Shown: one piece after another, positions 10,036 to 22,948 of the stretch
How positions within the stretch are numbered: position 1 is the first letter of the stretch
How the letters are laid out: each line of letters opens with the position of its first letter
From: Schmidtea polychroa
Lineage: Eukaryota
Length of the DNA stretch: 64,000 bases
NCBI GenBank assembly: GCA_044892525.1
Contig: CM097885.1
Location: forward strand, 53,880,001-53,944,000
Direction: 5' to 3'
Made by a program: the position numbers and the translations under genes
Notes under the pieces: generated by a model
Told to the model about the DNA's origin: nothing
The model's database searches: none
Seen by the model: only the letters and a program-made list of their open reading frames with translations

Positions 10036-12454
10036 TAAAGATGTCAATTATCCGGACTTTCTGGTATCCGGATATCAAATAGCTTAAACATGAAATATCC
10101 GGATATCCGGATACTATTCGAATATTTGCCAATTCTGAAATTTAGAAAAAAAAATCAAAATATTTTAGTTTTTAAGTTCATTTTATTTAATTCAAGAAAA
10201 AGAAAGTATATAATAATATAGTTTTATTATTTTTAATCATTATTAATTTATTATTCATTATTGAAATAATATTTCAAGAATACCAAAGCGTTCAACAATG
10301 GAAACTGAAGTCTACTTCTTAATTTTGTTGAAAATGTACCAGCCACCGAGAAAACTCTCTCACTGCTAGTGGAGGTTGGTTGAATCGTATTAAGAGCATT
10401 CAAAAGTTTTTCTAAGTTGTGAGTTAGTTTTCCATTGCCTTCAAGAAGTTTAAATTCTTTTTGTAGAGTCAAAATTATTTTTTTGAAATTTTGTTGTATT
10501 TTCACTGCTCATGGAAGCTATAGATTTTTTCAATTCCATAACCAATGTAATCGGTTCGCAAATTTCATCCTCAGATCCGGACGAAGACACATGATTTTCA
10601 TCTTCTGGAATTGCATACAATCGACTCATTGTATCTTTTGCATAGGCATAGATTGCTGGTTTCGAAGCATATGTAATATCATCAAAATTATCATCTCGGG
10701 AGATTGATGAATTTTGTAGAAATTTCATCAAAGATACTACTTCTTTATTTCTTCGTTTTAAAATTTCTGTTTTTAATGACGTCAACATTTCATTGCTCAA
10801 ATCTGAATCAATATCGTTTAATTTTTTAAACATAAATTTAGAAACACCTTCGCTAGATAAAAGTGTTGCTTGTTCGTTACTCAACTTTTTTACACCTAAT
10901 TCAAGTGGTTTTAAGATATTTAACATATTTTCTAGGATTACGAAATTTTGTTCATTGTAATATTCTTTTTCCGTTCCAAATAAGTCAATCAATGATTGTT
11001 TAATACATTTTTTTAACTTTAGGAGTCGCTCAATCATAGGGACCAATGAGTTCCACCTGGTTTTGCAATCCAACAGTAAATGTAATTCTTTTTTTTCTTG
11101 TTCCATAACATATTTTTGAAGAACATTTTTTCGAACAGCAGAAAATTTAAAAAATTTTATAAGCCTCCGTGATTCAGATAACAACATTAATGTCAGGTCT
11201 CATAAGTATATTATTAACACCAGTATTATCAAATCCTAAATTCATATTTTCGTGTTCAATATCACTATTTTCATAATCATAATCAGAATCGTTTTCAGAC
11301 TGCTCATCAAATTTGCTATTATTTTCATCATCAGATGTCGTAACCGTTCCTGTTTTTTTATAAAAAACACCAATCACGGCCAAATGAATGGCGTGATTGT
11401 AGCACAATTGACTTATTGCAGAAATATTTCGTCCATACTTCTGCATAAGAGCAGCACCATCATGCGTGGAGGCAACAATATCTGAAAACTATTTTTTTAG
11501 TTTTTTCAGCGTCACAAGATCCATCGATTTTTGCCAATCCTAATTTATAACAGATACTCTTGCTATGTAGTGTAACATTCATATAACGCTTCATATTTAT
11601 GTCCGTCCATTCATCGACTGTAATACTGAATTTTTTTTCATTGTTTTTTTTTTGTATTTAGATTGTTTTTAAGTTCTTCTCGTTTCTGTTCGTAAAACTG
11701 AATTATAAGTTTTTTAACTGTGTTTCGACTACGTGGCATTTCGAATCCTCTTTTATGTATAAATTCTCTAATTGCTGATGAATTAGTTATTGCGTGGATT
11801 GAAAATCCATCTTTTGCAGCACATTTTGCTAATAACTCACCTAAGCTTTCTCTCTTAACAAACTTTAAAATTTGTTGTGAATTTACAATTTTTGAAGATT
11901 TGACACTTGTAGTTTCTTCTTGATTCGACGTTCTTTTGTTGATATAAATTTCATGTCTTTTCAAATGATTTATGAGTGGAGTTGTAGAAGATCCTTTACA
12001 TTTGATATTATTACCACATTTTCTACATGTCGCCTCCTCAGAACTATGTTTTTCAAAGTGAATCCAAACCTCCGATTTTTTTGAAGACATTATTATAACG
12101 ATAACCCTTCAAAATACAAACTAATATATAAATTTTTAAAATTTTAAATATATTCATACATACCTTTAATTTGATTTAAATTCGTTTTTCAGCACAGAAA
12201 TACCACCAAAACAAAGTGCACTGCACAACTAACTCTGATTTGATTTAAATACGAGTAAAACAAAAATCTCTAAATGTAATGTTAGTGCACAGCCAACTCT
12301 GAGTAAAATTCAAATTTTTGAAACGATAAAAATTTACTTTTTCGAAAATAAAATATCCGGATAATTGATTCAAAATATCCGGATTTCGAATTATCCGTAA
12401 TTCAGAAAATATCCGGATAGTTCAAACCGATTATTATCCGGATTGCCATCCCTA
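10036..12454 (-). mobile_element. Ac/ZBED-type hAT DNA transposon nested in the Gypsy 3' region
   Basis: 8-bp TSD AGTACTGT (10028-10035 / 12455-12462); imperfect TIRs TAAAGATGTCAAT and TAGGGATGGCAAT; subterminal TATCCGGATA repeats at both ends. Confidence 0.93.
10251..12090 (-). pseudogene. BED-finger hAT transposase, frameshifted
   Basis: SEVWIHF...CRKC...HLKRH BED finger; THDGA, CYNH, DCKTRWNS and SERVFS motifs spread over four ORF pieces. Confidence 0.92.
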
Positions 12455-12855
12455 AGTACTGTATTAGTAGTAACTTTTATTTTATGATAGTTGTAAAATT
12501 TGCACCTTTCAATCAAAGAGAAATATGATTGGCTAAGAGGCATAGAAAAATAAATATGAACTAAATTTTATGGGAAAGAAAATTTAATAACTGTACATAA
12601 GGGGTCGTAAAAATAATTAAAATCAGTTTAATTAGTTAAAACAAAGAAAATAAAATCTGTCAAAATTAAATAGGTAAATTTTTATTAATATTTATTATTT
12701 ATACAGTGATCACTTAAATCTTAAAATCTAACAATTGATTGATTATTGTTATAAATAATATGATTAATAAAAACTTTCCCTCGTCTTATATATATTTTGG
12801 CGTCCCATCCCATAATTTAATATTGAATAAATAAAATAATGAATAAATGAATAAA

Positions 12856-12951
<96 letters not shown>

Positions 12952-12999
12952 CATTATGATCACAATCATCAACAAGTTAGTAACAATTATGCTGGAAAG

Positions 13000-13273
13000 G
13001 TCAATCAATTAATGTCTAAAGTTTTTCAATATGAGTAAAACAAAAGGAAATTTTCACGCTGTTAAATATCATAAATAAATTTTATAAGTATTGTTTCAAC
13101 TGAGACAAAAATCCATTGAACAAATATATGAGAACTGAAAAGGCTTCTGAAATATTTATTTCAATATCATTTTTGATACTTTAAATTGTTTAAATGGATT
13201 ACCAGTTTTCTGAAAAAAATAATAAAAGTAACGCTCTTGAAAGACACTTTAGGATAATTATCATTATTAAAAA

Positions 13274-13360
<87 letters not shown>

Positions 13361-14099
13361 CATCATTATCATTATTAAGACGATAGAAAAGTCATTCGCA
13401 TTAGTAGAAACGTTTTCTCAATTAATTCCATATTGTGTATTTATATAATCCCAATCTAAGCTTCACGTTCATTTATCAGTTATTTCTAGTAAAATAATGG
13501 GTGAAACTCTCGTCCGATTGGTAAAATTCAAATTTTGCTATCAAGAACTAAATTATTAACAAAAGTTTGCAATTTTACATCATTATATTAATGCATTCCG
13601 CAATATTATAGACATTTTAACTAGACATATTTGCTACAAAATAATTAAATCTAACCATCATGACAGTTTGTCAAGATATTAACAAAAGCCAATGCAAAAT
13701 GGGCAATAACCATAGCCATAAAGGCCCAATTCGTCGCCAATATTTGCTACAAAATAATTAAATCTAACCATCATAACATTTTGTCAAGATATTAACAAAA
13801 TCCAATGCAAAATGGGCAATAACCATAGTCATAAAGGCCCAATTCGTCGCCATAAGCAACCAAAATAAGGATATCCTCTGTAACTGTTTAACCATTCTGA
13901 TGCAACATCTGAAATCGCCCATAAAACCGTTGCGATCGCCATTATTACTCTATAACATGTGAATAGCATTGGAGAAGTAAAATTCCACTAGAAATAGTCG
14001 TAACCTTTAAAATCATTCTAACTAATTTACTTGACTTTCGACAAAATTATAAACTCTATCATGCGTAAAAGCAAAAGATTATAATTGAAACTCGAACAT
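13000..14099 (-). pseudogene. Rolling-stone-like multipass membrane protein, spliced, antisense inside the Gypsy element (3' boundary uncertain)
   Basis: Exon 14099-14031 MFEFQL*SFAFTHDRVYNFVESQ, GT-AG intron 14030-13988, then WNFTSPMLFTCYRVIMAIATVLWAISD..., and after a frameshift ATNWAFMAMVIAHFALAFVNI. Fits the family pattern EFQ..F.F.H....F..SQW...YR...TNW. Confidence 0.65.
13628..13851. repeat. ~113-bp tandem duplication
   Basis: tatttgctacaaaataattaaatctaaccatcat...aattcgtcgcca occurs twice in tandem. Confidence 0.9.
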
Positions 14100-15473
14100 A
14101 ATTTAGAATTGATCGAGTGGGAATGGAGGGGTTGTCTGTGTTGGTTTCTCTCTTGCTTGAGATTGGCAGAATATTTCTATCATCTGATTTATAATTAATG
14201 AATCGACCAATAATTGCCGAATCAAATCGGACCAATGGGATTTGAATAGTTCCAGTTTCTCGACGGGTATTTTTTCTCTCCCTCTACTAGTCATGTAGGG
14301 AGCACAGAGATGTTGAGGCGGTTTAGTTGAAAGTCCCCTGAAAAATAAATATGGGAAATTCAGATAACATTTCTTTGACTCGGATTCATTGATTATCCTG
14401 AATTGTCAATATAAATGATAAAATTTGTTTATAATATCAAAATAATTATTACATGGAATTGGGGATTTTAATCGTTATGGAAACATACATTTTGATCAAG
14501 AGATCTTTTTCTATCTATCTAATTTTGATCAAGTTATCTATACTAACATTTGTTAAAAAGGCAAAAGTTTTTCGCCCATTTAAAATTCTTTAAAATCATT
14601 TTTAATCAGAATAATTATTTGGTTAATTACATTAGAAAATTTGATGTTGGGAAATTGCAATGAAACAGTTATTAAGTTTATTATCAGTTATACTTTTGAA
14701 AAAAATCTTTTATATATTTTTATTTTTAATAATGAATAATCTGAATTATAAATTTTATTTTTATAAACCAGGCATCGATAATTTTTTCTTTGGCTGCGGG
14801 TCTCGCCCTGACATTTTGAAATTGAAAATATTTTGAAAATATTTTGATAAGAAATCATCCCTATTGTTACTGATACAAAGATCTTGTATTTTGTCACGAC
14901 TAAATTATAAATTTCTTATGCCTTAAGCATTCTTATATTTTCCTAAAAGTAGTAGAAACCTATTATAACACGGTTTTTATATAATACGACAAAATTATAT
15001 TAATCAATCCTCTTCGCATCAAAAGGTCGAATAGTAATGATGGTGACGATAATAGTATAAACTTTAAAGTAACCTGTCGATGACATGATCATTTATAAAA
15101 ATATAATTCAAATATATAACTAGTGTTTATTATATACAGTGCTTATTCATAAAATGAAATGTTCGACTTATTATTATTATTATTATTATTGTTATTATTA
15201 GTATTATTGTTATTGTTATTATTATTATTGTTATTAGAATAATCATTATTATTATTATTATTATTATTATTGTTACTAATTAATATTATTATTATTATTA
15301 TTGTTATTGTTACTATTATCATATTATTATTATTACTATTATTATTAATTCCCACTATTATTAGTGGTACTACTATTATAAAATTATTATAAAGTATCGT
15401 TATGGTATTGAGAATACTCTACCATCTTAATAATTAATTAATAATCGAATAGATTCGAGGACGAATCTTAATT

Positions 15474-15485
15474 AAAGGGGGGAGA
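15474..15485 (+). promoter_or_regulatory. Polypurine tract
   Basis: AAAGGGGGGAGA immediately before the 3' LTR. Confidence 0.85.
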
Positions 15486-15487
15486 TA

Positions 15488-16293
15488 TGTTGGGGTTAGA
15501 GCAAAAATAAAATAAATTTCACAGGGTACCAGAAAACAGAACAGAAATTGGTAAAATTAATATAAGTACAAAATTAATTAAAATTTAATAAAAATTAAAA
15601 ATCAATATTGAACGGGGGTATCGGGTATGGTTGAATGCCAAATTGTTAGACGAGGTTAGAAAGCATAATAAAAATGTAATAGGGTGACCATAGAAAAAGT
15701 TAATAAGGAAAAACAAATTAATTAAAATTAATTAATCTGTAATGGAAAGCCCGAGCCAATGGAAAGCCCGAGCCCATGGGAAACCCGAGCACTGAAGAAA
15801 ACCCGATGCGCAGTGAGACCCGAGACACCAGATAAGGGAATAACAATTCGGATAATAATCGCAGGGTAAATAAATTAAAATAATTGTCGAACCATTCCAA
15901 ATTTACTTAGGGTGCCCGGGGAAATAATTAATTTCATTTTGTTAGATAATTGGCCTCTTAAAAACAGTATAAAAGGAGAGCTTAGAAATGAGCAAGCCGC
16001 CATTTGGTCGAAGAGAAAAAGAAAAAAGCTAAACAGAAAATCCAGCAAGGACAAGTCAAAAGAGGAAATTTGTGAATTATAAAGAAGCTAAATCGTACAA
16101 GACAAGGTAATTACCCCTTGGGTTTCTTACCTTAGCGAACCAAATTCAAATTGAGAGAAAGGTGCAAATAGTGACAAATTGTAATTGTGATAAAAAGTGA
16201 ATATAGTTATTCTGTGTTGAGTTTTCGTTGATTTGGTAAAATAAGGACACGAGGAGTCAGAGACAGGACTGACTTACAAGTAAAAACTCAACA
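15488..16293 (+). repeat. 3' LTR
   Basis: 806 bp, TG...CA, matches the 5' LTR. Confidence 0.97.
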
Positions 16294-16700
16294 ATTTGTT
16301 GAAGTATATCTTTCCAAATCACACACATTAGCGCAGTCTCATAATGGTCTAAAATTTTTATTAACGACTTTGCTTCATGGACAGCTGGGGGTGGTTGGCG
16401 TTTGCTTTCAGCAATATCAAACAATGCTAGGCAAATCTCCAAATATTTTGAATAAAATGCTTTTGTAGCATCACTGAGTGTTGACCATCTTGTTTCTGAT
16501 AAACTTTGTAGAACAGAAGAGTAGGTAGGTAGTAGCTCCCCGCAGCACAACCATCCGCTGCCCCCACTAGAAAATGATATTGTTGCAGTACCCATTTTTG
16601 TGTTTTATGGTTACGTAATTGCTGCGGGGAGCTATGCTTATTTTTTCTGGGATTTTCAATACAAAATCCGACTACACTAAAAATGTATGGAATTCTCTGA
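16294..16700 (-). pseudogene. hAT transposase, upstream part of the copy split by the Gypsy
   Basis: LQSLSETRWS...ALMCVIWKDILQQI, contiguous with 2549 and below. Confidence 0.85.
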
Positions 16701-16813
16701 CTATATTGAGGAGGTCTCGATTGAAACTGAGAATTTTTACACAAAATCCGATCCTCGTTAAAAAGCCATGATATTTCTGACTATAGTGAGGGGTCTCCTT
16801 GGTCCTGAGAATT

Positions 16814-17942
16814 TCAATGCAATGATATTAATTTATTCAATTTTTGATTTAATTGTTTAACATCGTTCTCAATTTTCTCTCTAAATTTATCTTTCTGAAC
16901 ATAAGCAACGTCATTCTTTGACTGGCTTTCATCCTGAAATCTAATTGTTCGTTTCAAAATTAGTCTTTGAAATTTATCGGAATACCTGGGATAGGATCTT
17001 GCAATATGTCCGTAATTTCTGCACAAATGACATTGAATTTGCCAATTTAAATTCACATTGCCTCTCTGTGGTGATGGTGAAGTTGATGGTGATCTTGATC
17101 TTGATCTTGAAAAATAATTTCTAGAAACATGTCCTTTTCTACCATAGCGATAACTCTAGCTTTCTCGGTGCCTTGTGAATTTTGGCTTTCTCTGTTCGCA
17201 TTACTCTCGTTTCTCCATTTGGACGATGGGCTTTTTGATAGATAGAATTTATTTCCTAATTCCAAATTATCTTGGGTTTGGGTTATTGATCTCTCCCCTT
17301 GTACTGGAATTATCGCAGATACCTCAGATTTACTTTTAGTGCTCTTTATATTAAGCTCAATTTTCATAGCCTTTTTCACTAGTTCATCGAAATTGTCATA
17401 GTCTACACAGTACAATGCCGTTTCTATCTCTTTATTTACTCTGACCAAAATTGGTCTTAAATCAGCTCCTGCATCTGTTGTTTTGCATCTTCTTCTACGA
17501 ATTTGCTGACAGGTGTCGACAAAAGATAAGCAAATTCGCTCACTGTTTCATTTTGATTTTGGAGTCTATTATAAAGATTTTGGCGCATTAATCTTTATTT
17601 ATCTCTTCCAATAAATTTAGCAGCCAATGCATCTTTTAACTTGGCCCAATCATAGCCGATTATTTTCCTGTCGATTTGTTGTCAGACCTCTTTAGCTGAA
17701 CTTTTAAGATATCAGGATAATCTGTGAATCATAATCGCTTTAGACCATTCTTAAGCCGTTGCATACATATAGTAGTCGCTAAGAAAATCAACAAAGATAA
17801 CTGGATCTCCTCTATATTTTTCTACTGGGAATCTTTGACAACTGGCAAAATCATTATTTTCTTTAACAACTGAAACTGGCAAAACTTCACTATTCATTAT
17901 AGGTTTCTTTTTATTCTTGCTTCGTAAATTATATCGATTCAC
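16814..17942 (-). pseudogene. Degenerate gag of a related Gypsy family
   Basis: FASCQRFPVEKYRGDPVIFVDFLSDYYMYATA, NFDELVKKAMKIELN and CHLCRNYGHIARS parallel the gag at 3799. Confidence 0.9.
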
Positions 17943-18104
17943 TTTAATAAATTATTTTCTCAATTTGCACAAAATCTAAATCTCAAATTATTACTACAAT
18001 TTTTACCTTTTAATTTACCTTTTCATAATCAACTTTAATAATTTCACTCTATCACAGTTTATTTTCACAATTTTCCTTTTCAATACTCTTTTGACCAAAG
18101 TTTG

Positions 18105-18122
18105 ATTACGTTGGGCTTACCA
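18105..18122 (-). promoter_or_regulatory. PBS (tRNA-Trp-like variant) of the second Gypsy
   Basis: Minus strand TGGTAAGCCCAACGTAAT, upstream of the gag relic. Confidence 0.75.
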
Positions 18123-18127
18123 AAATA

Positions 18128-19485
18128 TGTCGGAAAATTGGTTTGGTGATAATATTTGCCAAGTTAAAATGCTTACTCAGACTCCAAGCGTGTCTCTGAC
18201 TGATCCCCAAATAATACTTGACAACAAAAATCTTTAGTGATAATCACAAATAATTTTCACTTTACACTGACCATCAATTCAACACTCTGCTCGGTGACTA
18301 TACAATGCTTATTGCAACACTTAATGAGGAATAGCACTGGTGTACAACATCGGATTGGAAGATCACTAATTGGTTTATTGATTGGTTTATTGACTGGGAC
18401 TTTGAGTTGGTTGTTTTCTTTGACCTTCTTTACAACTTTGATCAAATATTCATATAACTTCTTCGTTTATATCTCAAATAATTCTTTTCTGCAAATCTTC
18501 TCCAACAATTATTCTTCACAAATCGTTTTCCACTAACGTTTCGTCTGACTTGTGTAATTTTTCATCTCGGTTTTATCTTAGTTTTTGTCTAAATTTTATG
18601 TCCACCAGTTTCACTTTATATTGCTTGTTTTATTTGTGGCAAGTAGGATAAAGTGTGGACCCGGGAACAAAGAACTATTACATAATCAATGGCGTAACAA
18701 ACGAAATTACATCATGCCCCGGGGTGTGTTTTCCAAGGGCAACTTAAGGTCATACAAGATTTTAAGGTCACGATAAGGTCAAAGTCATTTTAAGAATATT
18801 TTAAGGTCAAATCATGAGATCAAAGCCGATTTTAAGTTCAAATCCTTAAATCAAAGTCGATTTTAGGCTATTTTAAGGTCAAAGTTTAAAGTTTAAGTCG
18901 GTTAAAGGCCAAATATTTAAACAAAGATATATTATGTAACAAAGACATTCTAACCACCTAATGTACGCATTTATTTTGAATTTTGTGTCAAGAACCTATC
19001 TCAAAAACTTGTTTCTATACGAATATTAGAACTACTAAGTAAATATGTATAATGTTCGCCCGTCTACGGCACGAGCATGTAAAATATCATAAGTAAATAT
19101 AATGTTCGTCCGTCTATGTCACGGGCGCGTACAAAATTGCCAATAAGAGGCGCCTGTATGTCACGGGCACGTACATTAAGTGATTAATAAACAAAGATAT
19201 ATTAAGTAATAAAGCCATATTATGTAACAAAGTCAAGTTATGTAATAAAGAAATATGACTCATCAATTTGATCAAATAAATATGACGTAATAAAGACATT
19301 AAAAAAAAAACACTTGACTCATCATACTTTTTAATTATTAAATATATTACTTTGCGGTATTTTAAAATATATTTTAAAAACATATTTTGACGCTAAAGTT
19401 GACTTAATTAACAAACACATACTAAAATTATTGCACATACTTTGCATTATTATTATTATTATATATAGTCTGAGTTTATCCGACA
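18128..19485 (-). repeat. Probable LTR of the second Gypsy
   Basis: Ends TGTCGGA...TCCGACA are inverted repeats next to the PBS; 18170-18530 is homologous to 48575-48930. The far boundary is uncertain. Confidence 0.55.
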
Positions 19486-19633
19486 AGATATTCTGTTCCC
19501 CTAAGGGTAATGCTCACAAAGGTACTGCTCATAAGGGTAGTGCTCACAAAGGTACTGCTCGTAGGGGTAATGATCGCAAAGGTACTGCTCACACTCATCA
19601 TGTCGTAAATTATTATTTTCAAATACAAGTTCA

Positions 19634-19700
<67 letters not shown>

Positions 19701-19762
19701 AATATTATTATTATTATTTATTATTATTATTATTATTAATATTATTATTGTTATTATTATTA

Positions 19763-19864
<102 letters not shown>

Positions 19865-21202
19865 GCAAATATTAGTCAAAAACCTAAAATATTTTTACAC
19901 ACATAAGTTGTAGGGTAGAGAATTATTATATGTTTGCACTAATTAATTAAATATGAAATTTATGAAAAAGCTGTTTTCTGTGTTTGCCTTTACAGGAAAT
20001 TGTCAATAAGGAGCGATAATTTACAATTTTACACACATTCTATATGCACATACCTTGTTTAACATGGGTGTATATTCTTAATATGTGATTATTATTATTA
20101 TATAGTTAGAGTTTATCCGACAAGATATTCTGTCCCCCTATGGTTATTGCTAGAAAGGGTACTACTGACATTTAAAATTTAATTTACAAGGGTTTCTCAC
20201 TCTTCTGGATTTTTCCTCTCAGAGATAAGAGTTCTTGTTGGAGTTCCCTGGTTAGAATTTTTAAAAGTTAAGCGACTGATCTATACGACCACCTTATATA
20301 ATATTTTTTGTTCAATCAGGGTTTAGTTGGGGTGTATTTTCTATTTTCCTTGTTTATTGGGTTTTTTATTTGTTTTGCTTAATTTATTTATATATTTTAT
20401 TTGCTTATTTTATTCGTTTATTTCTCGTTCTTAATTTTTCCTATTTTTTAGTAATTTTTCACTGTTAAATCCACGTATTGTTGTTGTTTTAATTCTTTTG
20501 TTTTTATTTCATGTTTTTTCGATTAATTTTCCTATTTTCTTATTCGTTCCGCTTCTTCGTTATTTTGTTATTATTTTATTTAATTATTTTCCTGTAATTG
20601 TTTGCTCGGGTTACCGAATTTTGGTTCCTTAGACATTATTCTCGGTATCTTCGTGTTGATTTCTTAGATTAATGTTTTTCTATTTCTATTAATTAATTTC
20701 TTTTATATTTGGCTATTTTTGTTTATTTTTATATAATTCGGTGTCTCCTCTTTAGGTTGTTTGTAGGAACATCGTTTTTCCCACGACTCATCACCATTTC
20801 TCGATTTCTCTAACCTCACTTCAACTTTCATGTCTGAAATAAAATCAATAATTTAAATAAAATAAATAATAAAGTACTTACTTTAACCCTTTCGAAGGTG
20901 GTGGCAATATACTATACACCATTTTAAACTAATAAAAATATCTAAGTGTAACGCTGTCGGTAATCATTTTTACTTTTGGTACAACTACTGACATTTATTG
21001 AGCCACAAGAGAACAAATTTATAGTATTTGAAACAGTGGCGTAGCCAGAAATTTCAGAGGGGGGGTACAAAATATTTTTTTTATTAAAAAAAGTCCTAGA
21101 AATTCGTAATAAGTTTTGCCCTCAAAACCCCAGAGTTATTTCGAATGAATTTGATAAGTATATTTAAACATGGTAATAACATTTTTTCTTGATCAAAGGA
21201 AT

Positions 21203-22566
21203 TCACACGTCAAGTCGTCGTTTTCCTTTGCGGAACTCGCATATAAATTCATCTAAATTAACTTCCGTGTCACGATGAATGCTCAGAAACATTAGTCCGT
21301 TGAGTCTTTCCTCTCCTGTTGTATTTCTGTCGTCCGTTTTAAGTTGCTTCATTTTGCTGAAAGAGTGTTCGACGTCAGCGGTTGTTATGGGAATCACATT
21401 ATAGATTTTCAGCAATCGGAATTTCTTGAGGGCAAGCTTTTAAATGTTCCATTGAAGTCCGTGGTTTTACATTGTATTTCCCAGTCTTTTCTGCCACATC
21501 TCAACTTCTCCGAAAAACATCTGCACTGATCCGTTCAAATCTTCCACGTAGAAATGGTAAAGTTGCATAAGACTGTTCTGAACTTCTCTGCTCAACAGCC
21601 ACTCTGGGTTGAACATTATATTTTTGAAATTTGCAAGCACTGCGTTTTCTCGAAATTTTTCTTTGAGCTCTCGACATACCGAATTCAACAGCGGGATGAA
21701 CAGACAACTATAATAAAACTCTACAGGCTGCTGATTTATTCCATCTAATCTTGGCCTTCCTTTATTTTTCAACAATGAAATTTCAATTTCAAAGCAAGAT
21801 GCTACGTCAGATTCTTCTTTGAATAAGGTTTGAAAATGGTCTTTGCTGTTCTCAGTAACCGTCCCAAGCTTCTCAATGAGATCATTGGCCGATGCTATGG
21901 CAGTGCTATAATCTATTGAAGGTGATTGCAGAAGCCGACTTAACGGCAGGATGAAGTTGAACACGAATTTTAATGTGACAAGAGTAATAATGAAGTCGAA
22001 AGTCGACACTGTGTTAAGAAAACCTTGAGCAATCTTCGTTGTTACTCCATTCCGAAATTACATTCAACACGTCAATTGTTGACTCGAAAAGTTCGAAGAA
22101 TGTGTTGACTGCTTCGTGTCGTTCAATCCAGCGCGTTTCGCAAGTACTTTTTAGCTTTCTCCTAGCAGTTTCTGGCGTTGTTTTCTCGATTGATTTGCCA
22201 AATTCAACTTGTTTTTTCGGTGAGTTTAAGAAGTTGTAGATGCTTTTAATTGTGCCAAGACACAGCGTTATCTGCTTTACTTTGCAGCTTCTCCAATGAC
22301 CAAGTTTAATCGATGACTGAAACAATGTACGTAAGTAACCAGAGGAAATTTTTCCCGGACCATTGCCGAAACGCATGATTTCCTTCCACTCATCACTCTT
22401 GCTCCGTCTAAGCCAATTCCTCGACACTTTTCCATTCGTAACTTCATCGTGTTTGCCACGCTTAACAATGAGTCAGTAAGTCCTTTGGCAGTAACATCAC
22501 ACAAATCCGTGAGCATTAAAAATGCTTCAACAATATTATCGGCATGAATGTCGATAAAACGGAGTC
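21203..22566 (-). pseudogene. hAT transposase, C-terminal half
   Basis: GLDGARVMSG, YVHCFSHRLNL, CETRWIER, VEHSFSKMKQLKT; frameshifted. Confidence 0.92.
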
Positions 22567-22894
22567 AGTAGTAAGATGTGTCACCTCCAGGACATGTCAC
22601 ATCCAGGACAGGTCAAGGTCAAATTTTAAGGTCAAGGTCATTTTTTAAGGTCAAGGTCAAATTTTTTAAGGTCAAGGTCAATTTTTTTTTCCCCTCGAAT
22701 ACATCAACTCAAATTTAACAAGGTTAGTCACACAAATCGAATTCTGAAATCAAACAAATGCATTTAATAAAAATTAAAATCATCGACATACACAACCGCC
22801 GTTCGCCCGCCCGCCCGCCGCCCGCCCCGAAGGGGCTGGCGCGGTAGTTTGTAAATTTGGTTTAGTTTGAATATTATTATTTGATACATAGTTT
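22567..22894 (+). repeat. Polinton left TIR
   Basis: Reverse complement of 40188-40534; contains AGGTCA arrays and a GCCC-rich box. Confidence 0.93.
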
Positions 22895-22948
22895 TATTAT
22901 TTACAATATTCAAAGTATTAATAACAAAGGTAAAGAAATAAATGTTTA

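Larger units (their letters stand above)
2550..16293 (+). mobile_element. Full-length Ty3/Gypsy LTR retrotransposon with env-like extension
   Basis: Two 806-bp TG...CA LTRs with about 4 differences seen, 4-bp TSD ATTT (2546-2549 / 16294-16297), PBS, PPT, and gag-PR-RT-RH-IN order. Confidence 0.97.

Noticed and set aside
12817..13448. Poly-I/Y/N ORFs here and at 15143, 19431, 28139-29748 and 30544
   Set aside because: They are translations of (ATT)n microsatellites, not genes.
16650..16810. Degenerate repeat resembling 49600-49800
   Set aside because: Similarity is visible but too weak to classify.
18237..18776. Short ORFs in the second LTR, and similar ones in other LTRs (2581, 15718, 53376)
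   Set aside because: They lie within LTR sequence and have no protein motifs.
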